Assembly (NCBI GenBank): GCA_030248215.1
Contig: JASANG010003582.1
Span: 186,001 to 250,000 of the forward strand
Length of the DNA stretch: 64,000 nucleotides
Direction: 5' to 3'
DNA from: Enoplolaimus lenunculus
Taxonomy: Eukaryota
The notes below the pieces were generated by a model. The model was not told where the DNA came from. It did no database searches and saw nothing but the letters and a program-made list of their open reading frames with translations. Shown here in pieces: positions 39,275-51,200 of this stretch. Made by a program: the position numbers and the translations under genes. Each line of letters begins with the position of its first letter. Positions within the stretch are counted from its first letter, which is position 1.

Positions 39275-41040
39275 AATCCATTGGGGTGACATCGTCCGTT
39301 GCGGTGAAGCTAACCGTTTGTGTGAAACCAACAATTGGGCTGAAACCGACCGTTGAGGTGAAACCAGCCGTTAGGGTGAAACTAACCTCTGGGGCAAAAT
39401 TAACCGCTGGGGTGAAATTAACCGCTGGGGTGAAACGAGCCCCTGGGGTGAAACGAACCGTTGGGCAAAACCAACCGTTGGGGTGAAACCAACCGTTGGG
39501 GTGAAACCAACCGTTGGGGTGAAACCAACCGTTGGAGTGAAACCAACCGTTGGGGTGAAACCAACCGTTGGGGTGAAACCAACCGTTGAGGTAAAACCAA
39601 CCGTTGGGGTGAAACCAACCGTTGGGGTGAAATCAACCGTTGGGGTGAAATCAACCGTTGGGGTGTAATCAACCGTTGTGTGAAATCAACCGTTGGGCTG
39701 AAACCAACCGTTGGGTTGAAACCAACCGTTAGGGTGAAATCAACCGTTGTGTGAAATCAACCGTTGGGCTGAAACCGACCGTTGGGATGAAACCGACCGT
39801 TGGGATGAAACCAATGGTTAGGGTGAAACCAATCGTTGGGGTGAAACCAATCGTTGGGGTGAAACCAACCGTTGGAGTGAAACCAACCGTTGAGGTGAAA
39901 CCAACCGTTGGGGTGAAAACGACCGTTGGGGTGAAACCAACCATTTGGGTAAAACCAACCGTTAGGGTGAAACCAATCGTTGGGGTGAACCGATCGTTGG
40001 AGTGAAACCAACCGTTGGGGTGAAGCCCACCGTTGGAGTAAAACCAACCGTTGGTGTGAAACCAACCGTTGAGGTGAATCCAACCGTTGGGGTGAAACCA
40101 ACCGTTGGGGTGAAACCAACCGTTGGGGTGAAACCAACCGTTGGTGCAAAACCAACCGTTGGGGCAAAACCAACCGTTGAGGCAAAACCAACCGTTGGGG
40201 TGAAACCAACCGTTGGGGTGAAACCAACCGTTGGGGCGAAACCGACAGTTGGGGTGAAACCCACCGTTGGGGTGAAACCAAACGTTGGGGTGAAACCAAC
40301 CGTTGGGCTGGAACCGACTGTTGGGGTGAAACCAACCGTTGGGGCAAAACCAACCGTTGGGGCAAAACCAACCGTTGGGGCAAAACCAACCGTTGGGGTG
40401 AAACCAACCGTTGGGGTGAAACCAACCGTTGGGGTGAAACCAACCGTTGGGGTGAAACCAACCGTTGGGGTGAAACCAACCGTTGGGGTGAAACCAACCG
40501 TTGGGGTGAAACCAACCGTTGGGGTGAAACCAACCGTTGGGGTGGAACCGACTGTTGGGGTGAAACCAACCGTTGGGGTAAAACCAACCGTTGGGGTGGA
40601 ACCGACTGTTGGGGTGAAACCAACCGTTGGGGTGAAACCAACCGTTGGGGTGAAACCAACCGTTGGGGTGAAACCAACCGTTGGGGTGAAACCGACTGTT
40701 GGGGTGAAACCAACCGTTGGGGCAAAACCAACCGTTGGGGTGAAACCAGCCGTTGGGGTGAAACCAACCGTTGGGGTGGAACCGACTGTTGGGGTGAAAC
40801 CAACCGTTGGGGTAAAACCAACCGTTGGGGTGGAACCGACTGTTGGTGTGAAACAAACCGTTGGGATGAAACCAACCGTTGGGGCAAAACCAACCGTTGG
40901 GGTGAAACCAATTGTTGGGGCAAAACCAACCGTTGGGGTGAAACCAACCGTTGGGGTGAAACCAACCGTTGGGGTGAAACCAACCGTTGGGGTGAAACCG
41001 ACTGTTGGAGTGAAACCAACCGTTGGGGTGAAACCAACCG
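39275..41040. repeat. 18-bp minisatellite, ~98 units, consensus GTGAAACCAACCGTTGGG
   Basis: Direct tandem repeat. Degenerate with several 17-bp units (near 39465, 39678, 39749, 39988) on the left; homogeneous and indel-free from ~39990 to 41040. Confidence 0.98.
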
Positions 41041-41527
41041 CAAGCTGTATAAAGTGGTGAAAGTTATAATCGTAAAATTACATAGCTAACGTGTAAAAAG
41101 TGTTGAACCAAAAGGAAAAATTTCGTGCACTTTCTGTAAGGAGTTTTTTGACCGTAACTATTGAAGACCACACTGGTTTGCAAAATCCTTTGGCACAAAT
41201 ATTCCCTACGTACCAGGATACCAGTGTACAAAATTTAAACGATACAGGTATGATATCACTTGAGCACCAACATGCGAACTAAACTGAAAATACGCGCTTG
41301 AGATGCGCGAATCATATATATGAACACTATCGTGTTCATATGATTAGTTTACGACAGATAAAAACATCGTATATATCCTGTTTTGTGTGCTGAACGAAGA
41401 CTATGTACTCATGTCCATCAAAAACAAATAACCGGTTTATTATCAGCAACTTACAAAGTTTATTTAACTGTATATGCATGTGCAAGCCAAAATATAGCTA
41501 TTTATTTAACACTAAAATAGTACTCAC

Positions 41528-44500
41528 TTCTCCGTGAACAATAGCAATGATTAATATTCGCACAATCATAATTGACCAGAATATATGCAACACAAGTAGT
41601 GTCAGCAACAACGAGTTGAACAAATAGAAACAACCACAAAAGCCGACCAGCGTAATTGACTCGACCATTGTGCAATAGATGATTCTAGAAGTAAAAAAGT
41701 TACAAGCTGAAGGGCTGATCATGGTTTACGATTTGACTTTTTGACGGATCTCAAAATGAGTGAACGGCCCTTAGAGATATTCCACATTTACCTCTTGTTA
41801 CTAGCAGGTTGCACCGGACACCAAAAACTGACGGAGCCGGATCATCTAGTATCCAGCCGGAGCCGGATAATCTAGTACCCGGCCGTAGGCGGATAATGAA
41901 TTCAAATTTAATACTACATTGCATTCAGATATCAGAGCGTAGCTTGTAAGTTTTCCTTCCGTGGCTTAAGATGCCCAAAGTGTTTACGTGGCAAAGTTTA
42001 ACACCTAAACCGATGCATATTTAACACTTTAGAACAAGACCCTTATTACACTTATGTTTTTGTAGCATTGCGTTCAGTTGCAATATTCACTTGGCTCATG
42101 TTCCCTTTATGGTAATTCAGTTTTCTGTAGGTCAAAGGTGACTAAGATCAGGGATGGGAGTCAGGATCCTGACCGCGCCACCGAACAACTGGCCATATTA
42201 TGTCCACGTTGTAAAAAGAATGTCTTTTCTTACTTGTAAGGAAAAATAAATACTCTCGTTGTAAACCAAATGAAAGTAAACACAGCGAATAGACAGTTGC
42301 ACAGCAAGTCTTTGTTTGCATACCGAGCCATTTTTGCTGCCTAAAATACTATGTTATTTATGTATTAATCAAATCAAAGTAATTGAACGACTAATTCTTG
42401 AACAAATTTGATGATTGGCGTCCAATAAAAGTTGCTCAAGCTAAAAACTATTTAGTTAATAAAAAAGACAAAAATATAATCACTTACTTCCATCCAAGCG
42501 TCCGCAGCATCATGAACAACAATGATAAGAGAGCCCGCACGGACAAAATTCACAACCCAAGACAAGTAAATGAGCAAAATTGTCACTATGTGGTGAATAA
42601 AATTCACCCAGAAATCCTGAAAATCATTTAAATTTCGCGATAGCATCAAGTAGCGAAAGTCAGTTTCGGCTTACGTTGGAAAATGTTTCAGAAGTTTTCT
42701 CCGGTTCTCAACTGACGAAATTTTGTTCAAATGATTACACAGATTTGCTGTGCGTGTGAAAGTTAACCATCATTACAAGTAACTGAAGGACCTGCACACC
42801 TGACAAATCCATGACTGCAATACATTACAGGTAGCTGCAGGACTTGCACACCTAACAAATCCACGACTGCAACATGACGTCTTGAAAACGCACATGCATT
42901 TAACTAATACTCTCCTCAACCCACGCTAATTAATTCGAACAATGCAAACAATTCGGTGAACTGCTCACTTTTCTTTGCACATCTACGAATTGTGAAAATG
43001 CCAATGACCAATAAAATCCTGCTGAGACCATATAATAATACCACACCGGGTCGTCAATCTCCTAAAATAATAATATTTACTAACATTTAAATAGCAAATC
43101 ACTGAAGGAGTAATAATGAAAGAGCCCCATGGAATTAAACTCACAATACTATTTTGAAGAAATACTATTGGAATCTCATCGTCGCAAATATCAGAAACAT
43201 CTGCGTTTGTTTAAAGTTAAGTTGGCTATAAAAATGTGTGGCTTACCTGAAAAGGCCATCCAAACCAACAAGTTTGCGTATTCCAAAACCATGTTTTCTA
43301 AAAAATAAGGTAACAAATTTTATCAAACTTTGAGATGGGGTGGCAGCCATATATGGTTCATATTCCATTATTATTTTGTCAATATTTATAGCTTAACTGT
43401 AGCACTTAAATTAATATGAAAACGTTATTTGTGCGCAAAATTGTAATATTTATCAAACACTTTTGTTTGACTAAATAGAAATGAATTGTTGAAAAAAGGC
43501 AGCCGGCCTAAGCGCAAAAATAACACTAATTAAAATAACTAGTCACTAAAACCAATACCATTACTTGGACTATGTTTCAATTCCTACTAAAATGTACATT
43601 ACATATATGCTATCTTGAATAAACTTAGTAAACAAACAACTTACCGGGTACAGAACACATACACCATACACAAATGCGACTGCGTAGTACAACCAACGCC
43701 ACCTATAACATTAAGCAAAGCGAAAGATAAAAGGTCATGCTGACAACAATAACATGAATGACACAGGTCACCAAGATGATATAAGAAATAGTATTCTGAA
43801 CTATTTTTGCACCTGTTATTTTCGCTTGAATCTTAGAGAATATAATCCCTAAAACCCAATCCGGTAGACTTCCAATTTCAAAATTCCAATGATCCTTTCC
43901 AACAACGTGACAATCAGTGTTTTGCAAATGTAGTATAATCGATGTTCGACTAGATGTGTTCTATATAAACATTGTAAGCCGAACATAACTATAACTACGC
44001 CGCTATTTTGATAGGTTATATAAGTCTGTGTAATCACTAATGAGAATTAGTAAAAGGACAAGAAGTCTACGTACGACGATTCTGAAAACTTGTCCAATTT
44101 TGATTTTTTTGCCACTAAGTGAATTGCAGACGCCATCTTCTTTTTGCGCGGAATGACTTCTTTTGCACTATCAGTGCAGACTTGGTCTTTCGGTACACAG
44201 CCATTTGACATAAGCTCAGTTGAACCAGCAGCAACGAAACTATTCCTATAATTATATACTGAACGCCCAGTCCATAATATTGTTGTAGCTCAATCCGGTT
44301 CCGCTTAAAACCTGAAACGGTTTGTCCTGAGGTTTATAGCTTGACTCTACCTGATACGGGGATATCGACAGAACCAAGTCCCCTAACGTTTGGTTGTTCA
44401 AATCCGTAGGTTGGGGTCCCGCATTTTTAAGAGCGGGAGACATCATACAACTTCTATGTAATAAATACCTTCAACCCTCCAATTTCCCAAGGTTTTCCCC

Positions 44501-46418
44501 CATGTACAACATAAGGAAAGCCTCTCCCCACAAAAAATGAAAAGAGCAAATTGCCCTATTACACTTAAAACCGGGAATGTTTTGTTTTGTTTTGAAGCAA
44601 TTAAAAATGTCTTTGCCGAACATAATTTTTCAAGTTTTCCACAAAATGATTCTTACATGTTTACCAGGGTGCGACCGGATATCCGGCACCGGCTCCGGCA
44701 AAAAATCGGCATCCGGTTCCGGTATTTTTTCTTGCCGGATATTTGTTTAAAAATTTAAAAAAATGAAACTACTTGACTTAGATTGACTTACTTTTATATC
44801 TTTATTGCGTCATAATTGTGCTATGTAAACCATTTTAAAGTTTTGAATAAGGTACGTATATTGGATAGCAGGGTGGTAACGACAAGAATAGGAGGTCTAA
44901 AAAGGTATATGCCGTAATAAGTGAGCTGCCAAGTTATCAATTTTATTGATTATCTGCATGCATATCTATTAGTTAGAACTCAAGTAACTGAGACTACATT
45001 CACTGTGGAAACCAGTTTTATACTGTGTTCAATCTTAGGCGATTAATTCAGTTGAGAACAAGTGTAACTTCCCATTTAATTTTTCCTCAGAACATGCTCC
45101 CATTCCACGTAGCGTTACACAAACAGGATAATGGAACAGGTTCATTGTTAAAGTGTTAAGCTTTGTCTCGCAAACTGTGAGTTACGTTCTGATATCAGAA
45201 TGCTACTTAGATACTTTATTTTAGTTTTTTGCTTGAATTTCAGTTATTTATGGAAATATATAATTAAAAAATGTATGTGTTCGTGGTAATTTTTGAGTGA
45301 TAGGCTATTTATTTACGAAAAAACTACACGACGTGCATGAGTATACACAATTTTTAAGTAATATGAGAATTGGAATTTATGAGCTTTGTAAAAATGCGAA
45401 AACTCAGGAAACATTTAAGCTGGATCGTTACATGCTTTTTACGTTTACTAATACGTTTGTTGTTGCAAGAAACAATTCCATTTTCATGTGGAGAATGTGA
45501 GTTTTCATAGAAGTTCCGAATTAAACTACGTCATAGTGAAGAGTAAGCCCTGGTTCTAATAGCAACCAGCATACGTACTGGGTGAACTAATTGATTAAAA
45601 TACACAACCAATCAGTATCCTTCGTTTAATTTGAATAACTACTTATGAAAATTGACAACGTACCCTTGTGATTTCGACTCGTTCAGACATAGTGTCCCTT
45701 CTTGATTCCGGCGGACGAATGATTTTAGTTTAGTTAGAAACACAGACAATTCGGAATGCGTGTCTTCGATGCCGCAAAGATGAGATCCAAGCGGTCGAGC
45801 AACTAACCTTAAATATATACCTAATTTAAACTAAGCCACATTGCGATCATTATTCGTTTAATATAACGACGAAAAAAAATAATTTCATAAGTCGTTTTCG
45901 CTCATCATTATTATGTAGTACATAGGCTGCGCCCTGACATTCGGATCCCGTAAAATATCCGGCAGAAAATAACATACGTAGACATTTACGGTGGTGGTGC
46001 CGAATTTCGTAAAGCTGCTTTTTGCAAGTAAGCGTTTTATACATCGTGCTGTGATTGCATTTCTCAAAGCAATCAAGAAATTCATGTTATGATACGCTGA
46101 GGCAAAAATGAAAAATTCAAGACAATTTTGTGCGACTCAAATACTTCACGATCATGTTAAAAAATTTACAGGGGGAATTTTCAAAAATTACATGGTACGT
46201 ATTTATATACACCAACCATAAAAAATACCCATTACCTACCATTCCCAACAGAATCGAATGATGGAAATAATGACTGCAAAAAATAGCGGGTACACCAAAT
46301 CGCTGGTTTTGGTATAACGTTCAGCACTAGATGACTCGAGGTCAGACCATTCAAACCCGACAGGAAACCAAAAACGAACATCCCAAAACCAGTCTGAAAA
46401 CTTTTGCCAGCTATCCAT
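41528..46418 (-). CDS. Ceramide synthase (LAG1/CerS, TLC domain; CerS5/6 or hyl-like), 9 exons/363 codons traced, terminal exon unresolved
   Basis: Exons 46418-46240, 45807-45664, 44245-44075, 43702-43645, 43297-43247, 43061-42969, 42616-42488, 42340-42234, 41684-41528 (all GT-AG, phases consistent). Motifs FWDVRFWFPVGFEWSDL, KFSESSWRWLYY, CWFGWPFQ, YYYM..GFYWSL, Lag1p motif RKDFWVNFIHH...VHDAADAWMEAAKM, LLVLHIFW. Confidence 0.93.
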
Positions 46419-46796
46419 CACATATTATTTTCATATATTGGTAGTGAATCTGTACGTACACTCCCTATATATACTGGTTGAGGTCACTACTGTGCCGCTA
46501 CACACTGAGCAAATAATAAAAAGTCACTCTAAAATAACAATACATCAAAAATATTTACTAGCAACGCAAATAAATATGGTAAACAGGCCGTTATATTGGA
46601 TACAAGGTAGTAGATGTGTACTGAAATTCTAAACTGGTACAACCCTAAAAGTAAAATTGTGATTTGAGCGTGAATATTTTATTTTGTCTGGATATCAAAA
46701 ACTTGAGCTGTAGTCCACTGGTTAATGAAATTTATTCTCAATCGCTTTCTATTTAAAAGTGTACCCCTCAACAACGACAGGTTTATATGCTATTGC

Positions 46797-47113
46797 CAGC
46801 GGCGGATCCAGGATCTCAAAATGGGGGGGCATAATATCACAGGTAATAAACTTATATTTGACCCATACTGTAATTACAGGGGGTAACCATTTATCCCTAA
46901 TAAGAGTCCGTAAGCGAGTAGAGTCCTTAAACCCTTGTTAGAGTGCATAAATGTCTATTATCCCTAATTGTAGCGCATAAATGGCTCCAGGGCCAAATAA
47001 AGGTGAGTTCGAACCTTTAATGCGTGCTTATACTTTTGTGTATAAAACAGAGAAATCAACAATGCTGTTGGAAGGGCCACGGCCGGGGTGCCCCCCCCAT
47101 GGATCCGTCATTG
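46797..47113. mobile_element. hAT-like MITE containing a fragment of the Tc2-like family, between the CerS and GALNT starts
   Basis: TIRs cagcggcggatcca / tggatccgtcattg; degenerate 8-bp TSD gctattgc/gctgttac; internal ~46866-47010 is similar to 25550-25650. Confidence 0.7.
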
Positions 47114-47896
47114 GCTGTTACTTATAAACTTAGTGACTGCATAATAGCACCTGCAGTCGCGATGCAAATATAACTAGCTTTGTAAATGTTTTGAACGTCG
47201 AGAACCTACTGCACATTTATTGCACTCGATTTACTCTACTGCACAAAGATTTTGAGATCTGCAATTGAAGCTGTTTTTTAGTTTGAAAACCTATTAACTA
47301 GCTGGTGATAAGTGATATATGCATTCGAGAAGTCCCCCTTTTATGGGCCCTGGTATCAGGACAATTCGTCACCAGATAAACAATTCATTTAATCTGCATT
47401 TGTCTTGAAGCAAATACATAGGCCAGAAATACGCTACTTTAAAAATACTTGGATATTTAAAAAACAAGATAACTGAGATGTGAAAATGTTTTGGAAATAT
47501 ATGTTTTAAGTTGATATATTATCACCAAAATTGCGTTTCGTTATATGCCAGCATAAAACGCCAAATCAAAAAGTAACAATCAAAGAAAGAACATCTGTAG
47601 TATTTTTTAAGTGCTATTAAAATTCTTTATATTTGAAACGATCTTTTAATCTGTCAAAATTTAATGGATATGTGAAATGTGTCTTAATATATACGTAGCT
47701 AACTGGGGTAGACGGCAGTATTTTGTGAGGATTTGCAAAGCTTGTTCAGTCATTTACGCATATAATTGTCGCAAAAACTTATGGTCTCTTGAACCATCAT
47801 AGCGAAAAGTTTGCATGAACATAAGACATAGTGGCTTTTTGCAATTTACGTAAGCGTTGGCCAAGTTCCTCATGTTTGAAAGTGCGTTTCTTACGG

Positions 47897-48140
47897 TCGG
47901 GACGACCCTTTTCCCCGAAGTACTGCGAATATAATTGATTTTTCTCCTTAATTTCTCCGAAAGATATGGCCATGCCGGGAGTTGACCATGCACCTCTCGC
48001 TCGCGAGTCAAGCGCGCTGCCCATTGCACATCGCGTTCGATATAATTTCTTCAGGTGCTACGTATATGTATACGAGTATGTATTTGTCTTAACATTACAC
48101 ACTCTGCACATACACAAGCACCACTGCGTATACCCACATT
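47897..48140 (-). repeat. Diverged solo copy of the tRNA-like unit (tRNA-like part 47967-48038) just upstream of the GALNT ATG
   Basis: tcgggacgaccctttt, gcgaatata, cctctcgctcgcgagtcaagcgcgctgcccatt and the flanking gatataattt...gcacatacaca all match the MEMO1 intron 1 units. Confidence 0.75.
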
Positions 48141-48220
48141 AATTACCATTTCGCATGTTTCACTTTTAGGCATTGTTAAAGCCTTTCTACATGTAGGTAC
48201 TTAATGTCAAATGGAGAGGT

Positions 48221-51200
48221 ATGCGCTGTCATCTTTCACATCTGTACTTTATACTTTTAATTTGGTTCGTGTTATTTACGGTGTTTTACGTCAAACTAAA
48301 GTCTTCGTTCAAAGGGCCAGTTTCGAAAAGTAACGCTGGAACGAGATTTTTAGATTCGGTGAGTCAGATGGCAATGGCTGAGATGTACAATAAAGTTCTC
48401 GTTAGACCTTAATTTGCGAAGCCTAGCAGTTACTGAGTCAAGTGAATTTAAGCCATACAGATCAGTGTTGATGAAACTGTATATAATCAAGATAACTTGT
48501 GGCAAAAACGGCTGTAGGGGAAAACAGCAAACCAAATTGCGAATTGTCTTGGTTTGTAGCGCAGACACCGCAATCGGTAGCAGAAAATATCACTGTGTTG
48601 TTTGCAGCTGCCGAAAACTTAATTTTGTATCTGCTTTGAAAAGTTACTACAAGTATGAATTGAACCGTGGTACAGCTTGCTTGGCCGCAGATCTTAATTG
48701 CTGTGCAGGGATTAAGGATTTCGTTTGGAAGTTTTCTTGTTTGAAAATGCTAACGCTTGCATGTTTAATTTAAATAAATCACTGGTTTGCTTATTTATTG
48801 TAGAACAACGAAAATGTTTTACCTAGTCAACTGCAAAATTATGATAACACAAGGCGTGTCAGGTACGTTTTGGAATGTTTCTAAAATTACCGTTTCATAA
48901 TGTTACGGTTTTTACAGGGTGCTTGGGTGTAAATATTTCCTATCTTTAAAGCGGATATACATTTTGCATCATTGAAAGTATTTTTGTATGGTTTGTTTGC
49001 GTTTCTTTTAGTTGGAAAGAATTTGATTCTATTGCCTATTTGAGCAAAAACCGATGGCAAGCCGGCGAAGATCGTTACATTCGTAACAAATTTAATCTTG
49101 AAGCGTCAGACAAAACTGCATTAGATCGCGATGTGCCAGACACAAGAGAGTATAAGTGAGAATACATGTGATTTTTATATCTGCCCTACAATTTTTTCTG
49201 GTTTTGTGAAATTTCATGCTAATATGTCAATAACGCGGACTATTTAAAAGTATAATTTGGATTTGTATTCCAAAATTTTATTTTTGATTTTTAGCACTGA
49301 TCAGGTATGTATAATAATGCGAAAGTAAAATGATTGCGCAGATTTTGCCGTGTCTTATTATGTATTCAGATGCAAGTCAATAACGTGGCAAACAGATCTT
49401 CCAGCAACTTCTGTGATAATTACTTACCACAACGAAGCTCGCTCAACACTTTTACGAACTATTGTAAGGTGTGTACTTGACAGTGGTTTAGGTGTTTGAG
49501 ATTACCGCTCGCGCACCGAATTTTTGACTTATAATCACGCTGATTTGAACGGATATTTACATTTCAAAATATTGGTGGTACATTGTTGACAAATTTTAAA
49601 ATACGTGAATAAAGTTTATTTTAAGCAATTTTAGTTAAACACGGGCTTGAAATCGCAATTGTTTTCAGAACACCAAGAAGTTAAAAATGTTTATTAAATT
49701 TGTTCATAGCTTCGCCTAAAACCTCGAGAAAATAAAATCAGGATACACTAAAACTGAAACTTGAAAACGCGTCAGCTAAGCGAATTATATTTGCTATTTA
49801 AGTAAAACTGAAATTCATTACCAATAGCGATTCTTTCATGTTTTAGTATATTTCGTCAAAGTCCTCATAATTTGTTACACGAAATAATTCTTGTTGATGA
49901 TTATTCTGACGATCGTAAGTGTGTAATTTTCCAACTCAGTTACATTTTTTGCAGGATTCAGCCTGAACAAATTATTGTATTATTATATTTGTCTACGCTC
50001 GGGCGCAACCGGAATTACAATTTGACGGCATCGGAAGCGGAATTTGAAAAAAATACCGGAAACGCAAACCGGAAAATGAAAAATACATGCCACCGAAAAA
50101 TTCATTTTAATTTTCTTTTTGCAATGTTATTGGTGAAATATTCCTAGTTGGAGATAGGTATTCACTATATCTGCTGTATTTTAGATTTTCATAATCCACG
50201 GAAGCCAAATCTACCTTCGACGGTTTATTTTCGGCGATTGCCAAGGTTTGCATACTATACGTACTAATAAAATTAATTAATTTTGATCGTCATTTTTTGG
50301 TTAAATATCTTAATTTCCATCGACCAAATTGTAATACCGAAATTTTTAATTCTGGTAAAAATTTACCGGAACCGGAAGGTGAAAAAATGCCGGAACCGGA
50401 ATTCCGATTGCACCCTGGCATACGGTACCATTATATATGAGTTTTTATTTAGTGTACGTGTGCAGTATGATTGTCACTACCGGTATTTGTGCGTGGCGTT
50501 ACTTACGTATGTTGCTCAAAACTGGTTACTCGCGAGATCGAAAGTTTGTTTTAGCTAATACAGTGAAACAAATTAAATCCCCTGTATACTTTATCTATTT
50601 TCTTACGTTTCAGATGTAGCAATTTAATACCATGCAGGCGAAACAGTGCTTGAGTTTATTATGCGTGTATTTCTTTTTGATCTGGAAATAGTAATTTAGC
50701 GTACTATTAATTTTTTCAGCGTCCATTGGCGCAGATTTACAACAAATTGAAAAAATTGTGGTGTTACGTAACGATAAACGTGAAGGTACTGTTTATGTTA
50801 TGTACTTCACCTTGTAATGAAAGCCGAAAGTTTAGATTTTGATGTAAAAAATTTTTTAAATCCCTATAAATTTGCGTTTGCTTGTCAAATATTATTCAGC
50901 AACTGCCGAGAATTGTGGACAGCTAAACGTAGTCTAACACTCTACGTCGTTGACCATTAGTAGTTTGGTCAGAAGATATGCTTATTGCAGGCCTTATTCG
51001 ATCACGGGTTAAAGCAGCAAACATCGCAAAAGCTAGTATATTAACGTTTCTTGACAGCCATGTGGAGTGCAATGTTCATTGGCTTGAACCAATGTTAGAA
51101 CGAGTTTCAACGGTAATTGATATTGCTGTATAAATTGAAGCTTTGTTGTTGATTCAGGAGTACGAATTGTTAATTATGAGTGGTTGTACGGCTTTTGCGC

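Noticed and set aside
39275..41040. CRISPR array
   Set aside because: Units are directly adjacent with no unique spacers, there are no cas genes, and the context is eukaryotic.
39729..41060. Long ORFs (VKPTVG)n, (HPNGWF)n and (PQRLVS)n as independent genes
   Set aside because: The 18-bp unit is stop-free in five frames, so long ORFs are automatic; these lack unique flanking coding sequence. Only the frame linked to CerS by a splice acceptor is kept as a hypothesis.
42787..42875. Short imperfect tandem duplication in a CerS intron
   Set aside because: Ordinary slippage-type duplication with no sign of function.
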